DNA of 63,626 nt, filler included, from Octopus bimaculoides (GCF_001194135.2; 7 parts of 6 records of this genome joined end to end with filler, not necessarily neighbours in it), one strand, 5' to 3'. Positions 48,898 through 61,445 are shown, numbered from the whole stretch's first letter. The notes: generated by a model from the letters alone, not told the origin. Numbers and translations: made by a program.

Positions 48898-49381
48898 AAA
48901 AAGCGGTGGTTGCATGTGCTTAGTGCCTCATTATGTTTATTTAGCGGTGTTGGAAAGTTGTGGTTTAATATGTGAAGCGCCTCCTTCAGGCAAAGCTTGC
49001 AGGTTGAGCATTGACCTCGGTAGGGAAGCCCTGAATCCAGTATGGACCATGATAGAGTATAGAGTATATTTGTATTTTTGAGATGATGTATGTGGTTGGC
49101 GAGTATTGTAGATTTACTATGAAAAAGTGGAAGGTGGCTATTTATTATCGAGAGAGCTGGCAGGTATATATCGGTATGCCCCCATGAACCACCAAAGTGT
49201 TGGTAATCGCTGAAAGATGTATCGATCTCAAACAATGATATATATACACACATGCATATTTACATATATATATAAAACATATGCTCACACATCACACACA
49301 CACACAGGTGAGAAAAAGATATATACACGCACACACATGTATTTCGTTTGTATGCATATACACATTGTATCTACATATATT

Positions 49382-49421
<40 letters not shown>

Positions 49422-49634
49422 CGTGCGTGTGCGAGTGTGTCTATATGAATGTGTGCATGAGTGTGTATAAAGTCCTCTTTTCACTGCTCACTTCCTGAAC
49501 CCTTTATACAAATACACATTAACATCGGCGATTATAACATTGCAGGTAAATGAAATCGCCTCAATACAATGGAAATTGCGGCTGCGTATGGAAACTTTTA
49601 GGCGTCACAAATTGATTCTTCCATTGTAGTAAAT

Positions 49635-49734
49635 NNNNNNNNNNNNNNNNNNNNNNNNNNNNNNNNNNNNNNNNNNNNTTAATTAATTAANNNNNNNNNN
49701 NNNNNNNNNNNNNNNNNNNNNNNNNNNNNNNNNN
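49635..49734. other. Artificial contig linker
   Basis: N44-TTAATTAATTAA-N44. Confidence 0.97.
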
Positions 49735-50363
49735 CGTTTACATACGCTAATACTTTACATTTACCACGTCCTCGCGTTGTTGTTGTTTTTTTGTGCATGT
49801 TCTTCGTTTTTAGGGATTTACTATATATATATATATATATATATAATATATTATATCATATATATTATAATATAGGTGGCCCGTTAGCAATTAAAACCTA
49901 GAAGCAAATTAATAAACCAGAGTACAAAATGTACCAACATTGCTAGAAATATGAGTGAAGACGACTCGAAAAGTTATGCAAAGCACTAAGCAAAGTAGCC
50001 AGCAAAATACACCATTCTATGCTGAGATAAACACAGAATAGAGTAAGCAGTTATATCGTGATTTTGAACTGATAATTTTCATCCTAGTCTCGTGTAAGTC
50101 ATGAGAAAAAAAAAATGTTGAAAGCTTATGCTAATTCAAAACGGTCGAAGTGTGTAGTATAAAATAAAATAATATAGGCAAGCTACCATTTTTAACCTAG
50201 AGTACTGGTAATATCCGCAGATGAGTACGAAGATGAAAATTATCAGTGTTCGAAATCACGTGATCTGCATATATCTGTCTACTTCATTCTGTAAGATTGT
50301 CTTATCACAGAAATGTGCATTTTGCTTGCTCCCTCGCTTTTTGCAAACTCATGAGGCTACTGT

Positions 50364-50398
<35 letters not shown>

Positions 50399-50461
50399 AT
50401 GTATGTATGTATATATATGTATATACGTATATATATAGATATATGTATATATATGTATATG

Positions 50462-50785
50462 CTGAGACCCCCTTCGGTCATGACTGGCCATGGGATTGCA
50501 CCTAGAAAGTTTCCCTCCAAGGCACAAGTCCGGGCAGGGCTATTTATGGAAGACCAGCAGTCGCCCATGCATTCCGGCCACCAGTGTTGTCCAAGGGAAA
50601 CCCAAAAGGCCGATACAGGTTGGCACCTGTGACGTCGCAACTCATTTCTACGACTGAGTGAACTGGAGCAGCGTAAAATAAAGTGTCTTGCTCAAGAACA
50701 CAACACGCAGCCCAGTACGGTATTCGAACTCACAACCTCACGATCGTAAGCTCGACGCTCTAACCACTGAGCCATGCGCCTTCAC
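50462..50785 (-). mobile_element. tRNA-derived SINE family E
   Basis: Head GGCGCATGGCTCAGTGGTTAGAGC..GAGTTCGAATACC (A/B-box-like), CORE-like TTGAGCAAGACACTTT, tail ending GACCGAAGGGGGTCTC. Confidence 0.88.
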
Positions 50786-50812
50786 ATATGTATGTATGAA
50801 TGTATGTTTGCA

Positions 50813-50880
<68 letters not shown>

Positions 50881-51921
50881 TGTGTAGATATATATAGGCA
50901 TATGTACACATGCATTCATACATATGCATATATGTATATGCATACATTATCAAATATGTATGTGTATGTAATTAGACACACACACACACACACACATATA
51001 TATACACACTTATACACACATACATGCACATACACACACGTAGACACACAAACTCTCACAAGTACACGCTCCTCTTTTTCCGGTGTTACAACGAGTCAGG
51101 TGTCTATCACGTGTCACGCTCTCGACAACAAACGAATCACCTTTCCACACAGCTGACACGCTCATAAAACAATACGTCAGACGCTCGACCGCATGCTTGC
51201 CTTCTGAACATCATCATCAATAACACCATACCCCTAACACACAAGCGCACCCCCCACACCCTACACACACCACCACCTCTACATCTACCACCAAAAGACA
51301 CGATCATAGCCGCAACTGCAGACGCAGTATCTGCAACCACTACCAGCAACAACAATTTCATCAACAGGGTACCTAGTGCCTAGTTGTCCGGCCTACTAGA
51401 AATAAGCACCAAATTCCATGAAATCATACAGCAACATTTTAGGACGTGGAGAATACATCGGTCAATATAATCTTAGATACACTTAGTTGTTTCAAAAAGC
51501 TGGATTGCGTAAGGATTGGTTGCGTTTGGTGATCTGTTCTATGAGGGCGGTGAGGAGACTAAAACGCAATAGAAAACTGTCGAAAGGAAGCCTCTACGTG
51601 GTTTGCAGAAACGCTGATAATAACTGCCAAATCCCGCATCGCATTACACTCTTCTTGCTTGAAAGGAATGGCAGAATATGTCTATTATCGAAAAACACTA
51701 ACAGTCAACATCTAGAGCATGTAATATAAGGTTTTTCATCCGATGTTTTTGTAATTGAACCATTTTACCAACAGGGGCTAACGGATACTTAATGGTATCG
51801 CAAATGAAATTATAATAAACACAGTGACGCCGACAGAACTCAGAAAAGCGAAATAAATATCGCGATGTATTTTGTTCGACGCTCTAACGAAACTCTTTTA
51901 ATTCGCGCTTCATATATAATA

Positions 51922-52169
51922 TTGGGCTGGTGCATAATTATTGCGGCTTGTTTTCAACATTTTATTCAACTAAAACCATAACATTATACAACAAAAACAT
52001 CTTTAAATTATGGCCTGACAGTCTGCCAAGCAAATGGGAAACATTAATTGAAGTGGATGTTGAATATGCTCCGAATAATCATTTAAAGATGTTTTGTTAC
52101 ATGTTGCTATAGTTTTTGTTGAATAAAATTTGTTGAAAAAAAAGCCGTAATAATTCTGCACCAACCCAA
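51922..52169. mobile_element. Mariner MITE with TA TSD
   Basis: TIR TTGGG(C/T)TGGTGCA.AATTATT.CGGCTT, ~85-bp inverted arms, TA at 51920-51921 and 52170-52171; internal SLPSKWETLIEVD.EY transposase C-terminal remnant. Confidence 0.9.
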
Positions 52170-52291
52170 TACATTAATCTAGATAAAAATCTTCTTCAAA
52201 AATAAATAACGACAATTTGGATAACGGTAATTCTATACTGCTTCAGAAAGAAAATCAACCGAGTGGATTAGTGTTGCTGGGAAATTCATCC

Positions 52292-52500
52292 TAGCTGGCA
52301 GAAACGTGAGCACGCCTGGCGAAATGCTTAATGGTATTTTGTCTGTCTTTACGTTCTGAGTTCAAACTCCACCGAGGTCGACTTTGCCTTTCATCCTTTC
52401 GGGTTCGATAAATTAAATACCAGTTGCGTACTGGGGTCGATCTAATTCGCTGGCCCCACTCCCGAAAAATTTCGGGCCATGTGCCTCAAGTAGAAAAGAA
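52292..52500 (+). mobile_element. SINE family B variant
   Basis: AGCTGGCAGAAACG..GAGGTCGACTTTGCCTTTCATCC.. Confidence 0.85.
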
Positions 52501-52817
52501 TATTGATACTCAAGTCGTTGTATTACTTTCATATCCCTCACACATCCTTCTGTCTTCCTGTTAGCCGCTTTGGCAAATGTCAACGAAGGAACTTCGGCAC
52601 AGTAACTTGATATACAAGAAAGAACAGCCAAACCTCAAATCAAATCAGATCACACCCTGCTGTCTAACAAAAGAACACGTTTAATTATGTGTTCCTGCAC
52701 AGTATAATCGACGGAACGGTCACGGCCCAATGTACATGTATGTACATGTATGTATATGCCTGTGTGTGAACCCGTGTGTCTGTCTGTCTGTATGAATAAT
52801 AATAATAATAATAATAA

Positions 52818-52888
52818 CCACATACCCAAGGCATACAGAGCTGCGCTCGGTAGTGAAGTGAAAGCATGTTATAAAAATAAAACTACTG
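52818..52888 (+). mobile_element. Extreme 3' UTR (71 bp) of the R4/Dong-like LINE
   Basis: Matches the reverse complement of the UTR at 37581-37650; (AAT)n on both sides. Confidence 0.88.
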
Positions 52889-52922
52889 AACAAAAATAAT
52901 AATAATAGTAGTAGTAGTAGTA

Positions 52923-52979
<57 letters not shown>

Positions 52980-53435
52980 TTTATATATGTGTGTGCGTTT
53001 GTGTATCAGTGTGCATGCGCGCGCTATGTTAATTGGAAACAGATTTCTATCGTTTGAGCGTGGGACATGAAAAAATCTCTGACATTTCTGTATCTATTGT
53101 ATTCCAACGTTGTAATACCTAGACAGTTGGTCTATACCTAAAGTGAAACTCCGAACTGCAGCTCTCGTGTGTACTCCATCTTCGTGAACATCACCAGCAA
53201 CCGCACAGTACCCGTCGCAGCAGCGATAGCAGGTTATCGATTTGTATGAACGTTTTAAGTTACCATGTGTATTTCATTTTGATCACTTGTATCATGAATC
53301 ACATGGTCTTGTTTTTAATTTATCCTTTAGTCATTCCGGGTGCGTTTTAAGGTCACTTCTGTTACAGAGTAAATGGGGTTTAGCTCAGTTGAGTTTTTGA
53401 ACATAAGTTTCGATTTCAATTCCCGTTTGGGTTAA

Positions 53436-53590
53436 GCTTAATTTATCGAACCCGAAAGGATGAAAGGCAAAGTCGACTTTGCCTTTCATCCTTTCGGGGT
53501 CGATAAATTAAGCAACAGTTTCGTATTGGAGTCGAGCTAATCGACTGGCCCCCACCCCGCAAAATTTAGGACTTTGTGCCTACAGTGGAA
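53436..53590 (+). mobile_element. SINE family B 3' part with 78-bp fold-back palindrome
   Basis: 39-bp arms centred on GTCGAC, 1 mismatch, no spacer. Confidence 0.9.
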
Positions 53591-55199
53591 AAGAATATTG
53601 TTCAAATTAAAGTGTTTATTAGACATTACATAAACAGTTTGCACTGCGCAGAATAAGTTATGTGTCGGCAATTGCGCCTTCCTCATACTACAAAATTGTC
53701 ATACTAGTGCTGTAGGCAAATTAAGCTAAGTCTGATCATCCAATGGACATTTCGATGGTGACTAATATAACGACAAACACGTTTGATGGAAAAGAATGTT
53801 CTCACTATATAGTGAAAGAATAGAATCCGATTAATGTAGAGATTTTTCCGCGTCAGCAAAAAATAGTTGTCTTATTAAGTCGTATGAGAAATAATGAAAG
53901 GAATCACGGAGGTATGTCGAATTTTGGGAACTGTACAATGTATGATGAAATATTAAATGATTAAATTTAAGAGCAGCCCCAAGTCAACCGATTTGTTGAG
54001 AAGTGTGCGGGAAAAATTTGGGACTGTGTTGAGAAATATGAAAGTGGAGAGCTGGAAGAATGGCTAGAACGTCGGGCGGAAATGCTTAGCGGCATTTTGT
54101 CCGTCTTTACGTTCTGAGATCAAATAAGTAACAGTTCAGTATTGGGATCGGTATAATCGACAAATCTCCTTCACTAACTTGCCGGCCTTGTGCTAAAATT
54201 TGAAAGGAATATGTTGAGAAGTACTGAAAGATCAAAATCAGGCGAAATAGTGCAACCACAAGCAGGGTAGGTCAGAAAGAAAATATGATTATTCATGATA
54301 CTTAATGTTGAGAATAGCAAAAAATAGGTTTTATGGAGGGAAGGAGAAAGAGGGTACTTGGTGTTAAGAATATTTAGGAAAATGAAAATGAAATGTAAAA
54401 AGAAAAAGGAATTTTAAGGACTTGGATTGGTGAGCTGTAACCAATAAAAATATAAAAAGAATTGAGGCAGAAAAATTACGGGAGATGCGGCCTGTGGTAT
54501 TAAAGTGTCACACCAACTGTATACAATATTTTAACAATAAAATATGTTTTAATACATATAAGCGGACATGCTTTTAGAATTAGGAAGAGTTTAAAATTAC
54601 CTGAACCACGCATGAATACAAAAAACTTAAGCCTGTACACATACATCGTTGTATTAATGCGATTTTTAACCAGTCAGAAGTTTTCCCATCCATATTCAAC
54701 AATTGCTCATTTAATTGGATCACATCTAGAATAATATCCATAAATGGTATTATACTATTTTGTCCACATATTGTAATTCAGTTAATTAATTCTATTTCTC
54801 TCGAAAGAGTTTGCTTAGGTATATCTTTCTCTATAAAATCAGACGAAAGTTCTCCATATTCTTTTGGTTTTTCAGCAACGTCATTTCCTTCTTAATGCTA
54901 AGTCGGTTCTTTTAAGAGCATAACGAAATTTACTTTTACATATAGACGAAAATTCCATTAGATTATTTTCGTCGCTAAATTTTTCAGTCCATATCACGAA
55001 CTTATTATTCATAATTTGCAATTTATGCAAGTAATTAATTCTTTTAGTTACAACTTCCATCAAGCGAGGGTAAATCTTACTCTTCTTTTTAAGTATTAAA
55101 CTATACATCATTTCTTAAAACATCTCTCTCCTCTGTTGTATTGAGAGAAACAGATAGATAGATTGATAGAGTTGTGTAGATATATACATACATACATAC

Positions 55200-55256
<57 letters not shown>

Positions 55257-55274
55257 ACATACATNNNNNNNNNN

Positions 55275-55317
<43 letters not shown>

Positions 55318-55363
55318 TACTTTAACATACACATATATAAATACATACACATGTATATATATA

Positions 55364-56212
55364 TGGTCTGATCAATAAATATCCGCACAGTTGTCATACT
55401 AACGAAGCTAAAGCACGCAGAGTAAAGCCGCTTGGCCTAGATTGACCTTAAAACCTGTTGTGCATGTGTACCAAGATTTAATGTTTTAGCGCATAACCGA
55501 TGTTTATAGCAGTGCCTGGAAAGAACCTGTGTAGCGTGTGATCGTCGCATTGACCACATAACAAAGAAAGTTGAAAAGAGAATCCGGCTCATATTTTGCC
55601 AAAATGCCTACGCAAAGTTTTCTCAAAGTTTTCATCATTCTCAATACAATCAATGAGATCTTGTGCAACTTAAAGCATTTTTGGCACAAACTTGGCAGAC
55701 ACGCGTCTCACACCCAAATCTTCTGTGATAATGGACTGAACTGAACCGTAACTAATCTGCACATCCTCTGATAACTCACAAATGGTTATTCGATGATTTT
55801 CGCCTCACAGTTGTACGCACATCGGCGATGATTTTCTCAGTTTTGGTGGTTGTGGACCTTCCAGAACATTCGTTAATATCGACATTTTTTTCCGCCATCT
55901 TGCAAACGTCTGAACCACTCGTACACTTGTGTGCGGCTCATACACTCCCCTCCATACATTTTCTGGAAGTTTGCGTAGGGTTCTGAGCAGGTATCGCCAT
56001 GACAACTTTCTCTGTCATGGTCAATGCGACGATCACACGCTACACACGTTCATTCCAAGCACTGCAGTAAACAGCGGATGTGAGCTAGAACGTTAAAACT
56101 TAGTGCGCATGCACAGCAAATTTCAAGGTCAATATGTGCCAAGTGGCTTTACTCTGCATGCTTTAGCTTCGTTACTATGGCAACAGTCCGGATACTTATT
56201 GAGCAGACCTCA
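55364..56212 (-). mobile_element. Internally deleted mariner element
   Basis: ~110-bp imperfect inverted ends (GGTCTG.TCAATAA.TATCCG); MSRTQVYEWFRR..GRS..R.TI.ELSEDV.IS.GSVQSIITEDLG.RRVSAKFVPK N-terminal transposase; TA context. Confidence 0.88.
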
Positions 56213-56412
56213 TATATATGTGTATATATATATACACGCGCACACACAAACACACACATATATATTCTACACTTCAGGAGTTGCACTCACATTTGAACAT
56301 TTAACTTGGTTTTAATTAATTCTATTTCATTAATATGTTAAACTCGAAATATCCACGTGGAATGCGCAAAAGAATACAGCAGGTTAAGAATATATTGCTT
56401 TTTATTTTTCAG

Positions 56413-56545
56413 GAAATTGGTGTCTTCGTACTCATTCATTCCGCCATCACACTTCAGTATATAAGTGCATCTGAACGCTATACCACAACGGTTCATCAAA
56501 GCGAAACGTAGAGCTGGAATAATCCATCTTTGGCAATGATATTCG
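56413..56545 (+). other. Candidate exon of an unidentified plus-strand gene
   Basis: TGCTTTTTATTTTTCAG acceptor, CG|GTAGGT donor; frame 0 open except TAG at 56509-56511; in-frame ATG at 56536. Confidence 0.3.
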
Positions 56546-57936
56546 GTAGGTTTCACATTGAATGCCTTTCTATGACTGAATCCGTTTTACGGCCTTACAA
56601 TCCAACGTCTGTTGTTACTTTTGTAGATGTTGTGGTTGTTGGTGTTGGTGTTATTGTTGTTGTTGTTCATGATGATGGTGATGAGGAAGATGTCGACGAT
56701 TATGATGATATGTTGATGTTTATCCTGAGGCCATCTTTCATTCAGTGCACCCACGAATGAAGAGTGTTACTATAAGGGCTATTATATCTTATTTCCAGAA
56801 ACAGTGAATCTTCTACCTTATAATCCAATGTGACATTTCCCATGTTTTGAAAGATGTTAGGATGCTATTTGAGAAAGGTTTCGCTGCTATTGCAAGCAGA
56901 TAGAGCCACCACGTTGATAGTTAGTCGCTGCTGCGTTGTATCAAGTTTTAATTTTGATTGCTGCAGTGGAATAAATGAGCTACCAATGCTGCTCGTGTTG
57001 TATTTTCGCCGGATATTTTAGAGGATGAGTGTGGACATCGTTTATTTGGTATCAATTATATAAATTCCCAAAGAAATGAATGAGTCTATAGAATGTATAT
57101 ATATATATATNNNNNNNNNNNNNNNNNNNNNNNNNNNNNNNNNNNNNNNNNNNNNNNNNNNNNNNNNNNNNNNNNNNNNNNNNNNNNNNNNNNNNNNNNN
57201 NNNNNNNNNNNNNNNNNNNNNNNNNNNNNNNNNNNNNNNNNNNNNNNNNNNNNNNNNNNNNNNNNNNNNNNNNNNNNNNNNNNNNNNNNNNNNNNNNNNN
57301 NNNNNNNNNNNNNNNNNNNNNNNNNNNNNNNNNNNTGTGCGCATATAATTTTGTTTCTATATCATGTGGTGAGAAGATGTTAGAGAAACAACAGTTATTC
57401 TCATCTCTTCTACGTGAGTGAGTGCGCAGGGTTATCTGTGTACGGGTGGGTGAGTTAGTGTCCTTGTAACTCTGTCCGTAAGTTTGTGAGGTTGTTTTCA
57501 GGCATGTTCCATTGTTCATAACATATAAAGACACAAACAAATGCATTTATACCTACATACATACGTACATACATACATACATACATATCTAGGCGCATAT
57601 ACGTATCAAAGAAGGAAGCGAAGCTTGAAATTTATCATATTTTCTCGAAGTAGAAAAAGACAATGCTGCGATCTCGATAACATCTCGGCTTGTACTGGGT
57701 CTTTGAAACTTAGCGAATGATTGAAACGATACTGGTGTTATCGGGTACATTATACAGGGTAATACATCTTATATGAGCCCAATACTGCGTCTGAAAAGCT
57801 ATCATACGCATACATAGCATAAGCAAACAAACGCACAAACTCTCTCTCTCTCTCATACACACGCACACACATACATACAAACACACACACATACATATAT
57901 GTATAGATATGTTAAAATATTCTGTTTTCTTCACAG

Positions 57937-57965
57937 GTCCTTTCGTACCAACACTACATGAGTGT
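57937..57965 (+). other. Candidate 29-nt exon, phase-compatible with 56413-56545
   Basis: TTCTGTTTTCTTCACAG acceptor, GT|GTAAGT donor; (G)PFVPTLHEC. Confidence 0.35.
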
Positions 57966-58377
57966 GTAAGTTAATGGATTTTTATATAGTAAGACAGATA
58001 TGTATTCGTGTATATACAAGAATCAATTAATAAATGTTTTTTTTTCTGTAAGTACTCGTGGGTTTACGTGAGTAGATACACACCTGTATGTATACATATA
58101 AAAAAACAGACACACATATGAAGATATAAACACATAGGCAATTAGAAATTATCAGACAACATCCATTCAAATGTCTATACATATAGTAATTTTTACAAGT
58201 ACCACAGTTGGACGCTATGAGCAGAAATGTAATCTAAACAAAAACGTATGGTTTTTGAATAATAAGTTTGTACGTTACCATTATCGATACACACACAGAA
58301 ATGTACATACACACACATATATATGTGTCTGTGTCTCTCTGTATCTATGTGTGTGTGTATGTGTATGTGTGTGTGTA

Positions 58378-58467
<90 letters not shown>

Positions 58468-59399
58468 CTGTGTGTCTGAATATAGAGAATGTTAACAGAT
58501 TTCGCATGAAAGATTTCATACTAAAAGCTAAAAGAAGAAAATGTTTTGAGAAATATTTCAGAAATAAAAGAATGAAAATGTTTACATTTTATGAAAATAT
58601 GCTACCGGTTTCAATTATTTTTAAATACGTTATTCATGTTGTATGAGAAGAAGAAAAATTTTTCTGTGAACTTAAAAAAGCGTGAATACATAACTTTATC
58701 CTCTTCGGACACAAATATTTAAAGGAGAATTTTCTTGATATGATTCCCGGTTCACTGACTAGATGCCGGATGACAAGTAGCCTTCACCTTCTCCACACAT
58801 CATTTCGGGAAAAGGATAATCTTATCTTGCCAATAAAATAAAATTCACTGAGGCCTGTGATCCTTTAAATTCTGTTTGTGAAACACTAACATTTGGTTCT
58901 TATTCGTTTAGAAGCACACGTAACAAACTACACAGCACAACTGTGATAACACATGATGCAGTCTCGACAGTCCAATTATTCTACTTAAAATATATTCCAA
59001 CAAATATAATATAGACCCGGAAAAACAACTCTTTTTTGTTTTGCGATTAGACATATATTAAGGGAAATTACATTCCCATTTGCTAACGAATCAAAATTTT
59101 CCCTACAATCCACCCTGTTGGTACTTTAATTCGGGGGATTTATTTATAGAGTGTTCACTGTTATTTCTAAATAATCAAAGATTTAACTGGAAACCAAATA
59201 AATGGTAAAACATAGAGGGTAGGGGATGGCTTTCAGCCCATTCTCTTCTTGGTGTACTTGGGAGTAATTATATTTATATTTTTCGTATATAAAGTTCATT
59301 ATAGGTAAATCAGTTCTTTCACACACATACAAAATCTGAAATATAATGAAAATAGAGGATAATTAGGTATATAGATATATGTATGTATATATGAAATAA

Positions 59400-59438
59400 G
59401 TCATATATGTAAACATGCAACTGTATACATATATAAGC

Positions 59439-59477
<39 letters not shown>

Positions 59478-59484
59478 TATATCT

Positions 59485-59564
<80 letters not shown>

Positions 59565-59691
59565 GTGTGTACACACCTACAAATACGCAACACACACACA
59601 TGCACACAAAGTTATGTACGTCTATATACATACAAATATATATAATAAATATATACAGATATGTATACATGTATAAGTATATGTATATATA

Positions 59692-59763
<72 letters not shown>

Positions 59764-59851
59764 CGCACATATATATAAATATATATATGTATATATATAT
59801 GTATATTTACATATATATATAAATATATATGTATATATATATATATATATA
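59400..59851. repeat. Compound (TA)/(CA)/(TG) microsatellite
   Basis: Dinucleotide runs. Confidence 0.92.
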
Positions 59852-59951
59852 NNNNNNNNNNNNNNNNNNNNNNNNNNNNNNNNNNNNNNNNNNNNTTAAT
59901 TAATTAANNNNNNNNNNNNNNNNNNNNNNNNNNNNNNNNNNNNNNNNNNNN
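59852..59951. other. Artificial contig linker
   Basis: N44-TTAATTAATTAA-N44. Confidence 0.97.
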
Positions 59952-59973
59952 AAGGGCTACGCCCGAAACGTCA
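59952..59973 (+). ncRNA. 3' part of a minimal hammerhead motif, cut off by the linker
   Basis: A-GGGC(UAC)GCCC-GAA-ACGU-C/A; the CUGANGA half would lie in the gap. Confidence 0.45.
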
Positions 59974-60469
59974 TACACTCTCTCTTTCCTTTCCTGAGCG
60001 TCCAATAATACTATCCATATCACGTCCTCACTTTGTTGTTTTTTTGTTTTTTTGTTATTGTGTTTTTGAACTATATATATATATATATATATATATTAAT
60101 ATAAGAAAACGGGAAAAAAATATATTGTGGATATTCATTTTATTTGTATCACAATAAAAACAGCAAATATTTCATACAAATAAAATTTAAAGGAACATAG
60201 ACATAAAATAAGCATAAAAAGTGCCCACATGTTTCAATCTGGTCACTAGATAAACAGTGCTTCTAATCAGCAGGATTCGAACCATGTTAAGAGTTGTAGA
60301 TGTGAAAATAATGCAACGTGACCAGATATTGTCAGGTCTTGCCTTTTGCAAAAGCTAATGCTAACATATTTTTTCAGAGGAAATCAAATTGGTGGTAAAA
60401 AACATACTAGATAAGATAGATGAGTACCACATAGTCATATGTTAAATACCAAGTGATGTAAACATGTAT

Positions 60470-60757
60470 GTTTATGGAGCACCGCCTTTAGTTGAACAAA
60501 TCGACCCCAGGACTTATTCTTTATGAGCCTAGTAGCTATTCAATTGGTCTCTTTCACCAAACCGCTAAGTTACGGGGACGTAAACACACCAACATTGGTT
60601 GTCAAGCAATGGTGGAGGGGACAAACACAGACACGCAAATATATATATATGTATATATACATATATCTATACAAAACAGACTTCTTTCAGTTTCTGCCTA
60701 CCAAATCCAGTCTTGTGAGTGGATATGGTAGACAGAAACTGAAAGAAGCCTGTCGTC
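60470..60757 (-). mobile_element. SINE family A 3' half ending in a fold-back
   Basis: Reverse-oriented tail 60470-60709, then an inverted copy of the same segment at 60720-60750. Confidence 0.85.
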
Positions 60758-61085
60758 TTTGTATATCTTAATATATAAATCTGAAATTGTGTGTTTGTGT
60801 GAAGTCTTTTTGAATGTTTATAGAAATCCACATTTTCCACTTTTTCGTAAAAATTTTTACATCAATGGAATTTTCTCGATCTGAACTTTCCAGTGCAGTA
60901 ATTAGATTTTTTAAATTCCGTTTACTTTGTGTGATTTAGGGAGATTTGGCTGTTGTTTCTAGCAACTTTTATATTTCATCCCTGCTACCTGGAATGCCAT
61001 TCTTACACACGCGCTCAACATAAAAATATAGAGAGTAAAAGTGGGAGAGGGAGAGAGAGAGAAAGTGATACATACAACGTCATAG

Positions 61086-61185
61086 NNNNNNNNNNNNNNN
61101 NNNNNNNNNNNNNNNNNNNNNNNNNNNNNTTAATTAATTAANNNNNNNNNNNNNNNNNNNNNNNNNNNNNNNNNNNNNNNNNNNN
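61086..61185. other. Artificial contig linker
   Basis: N44-TTAATTAATTAA-N44. Confidence 0.97.
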
Positions 61186-61412
61186 ATGATGATGATGAAG
61201 AAGAAGAAGAAGAAGACGAAGAAGAAGAAGAAGAAGAAGAAGAAGACGACGACGACGACGACGAAGATGATGATGATGATGATGATGATGGTGAAGAAGA
61301 AGAAGAAGAAGACGAAGAAGAAGAAGAAGAAGAAGAAGAAGAAGAAGAAGAAGAAGAAGAAGAAGAAGAAGAAGAAGAAGAAGAAGAAGAAGACGACGAC
61401 GACGACGACGAA

Positions 61413-61445
<33 letters not shown>

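Noticed and set aside
50700-50785. tRNA-like sequence (and similar heads at 19632, 29015, 10913)
   Set aside because: Continues directly into SINE bodies with no acceptor stem closure; these are SINE heads, not tRNA genes.
54881-55111. 76-aa minus-strand ORF
   Set aside because: AT-rich with no motif recognised; cannot be assigned.
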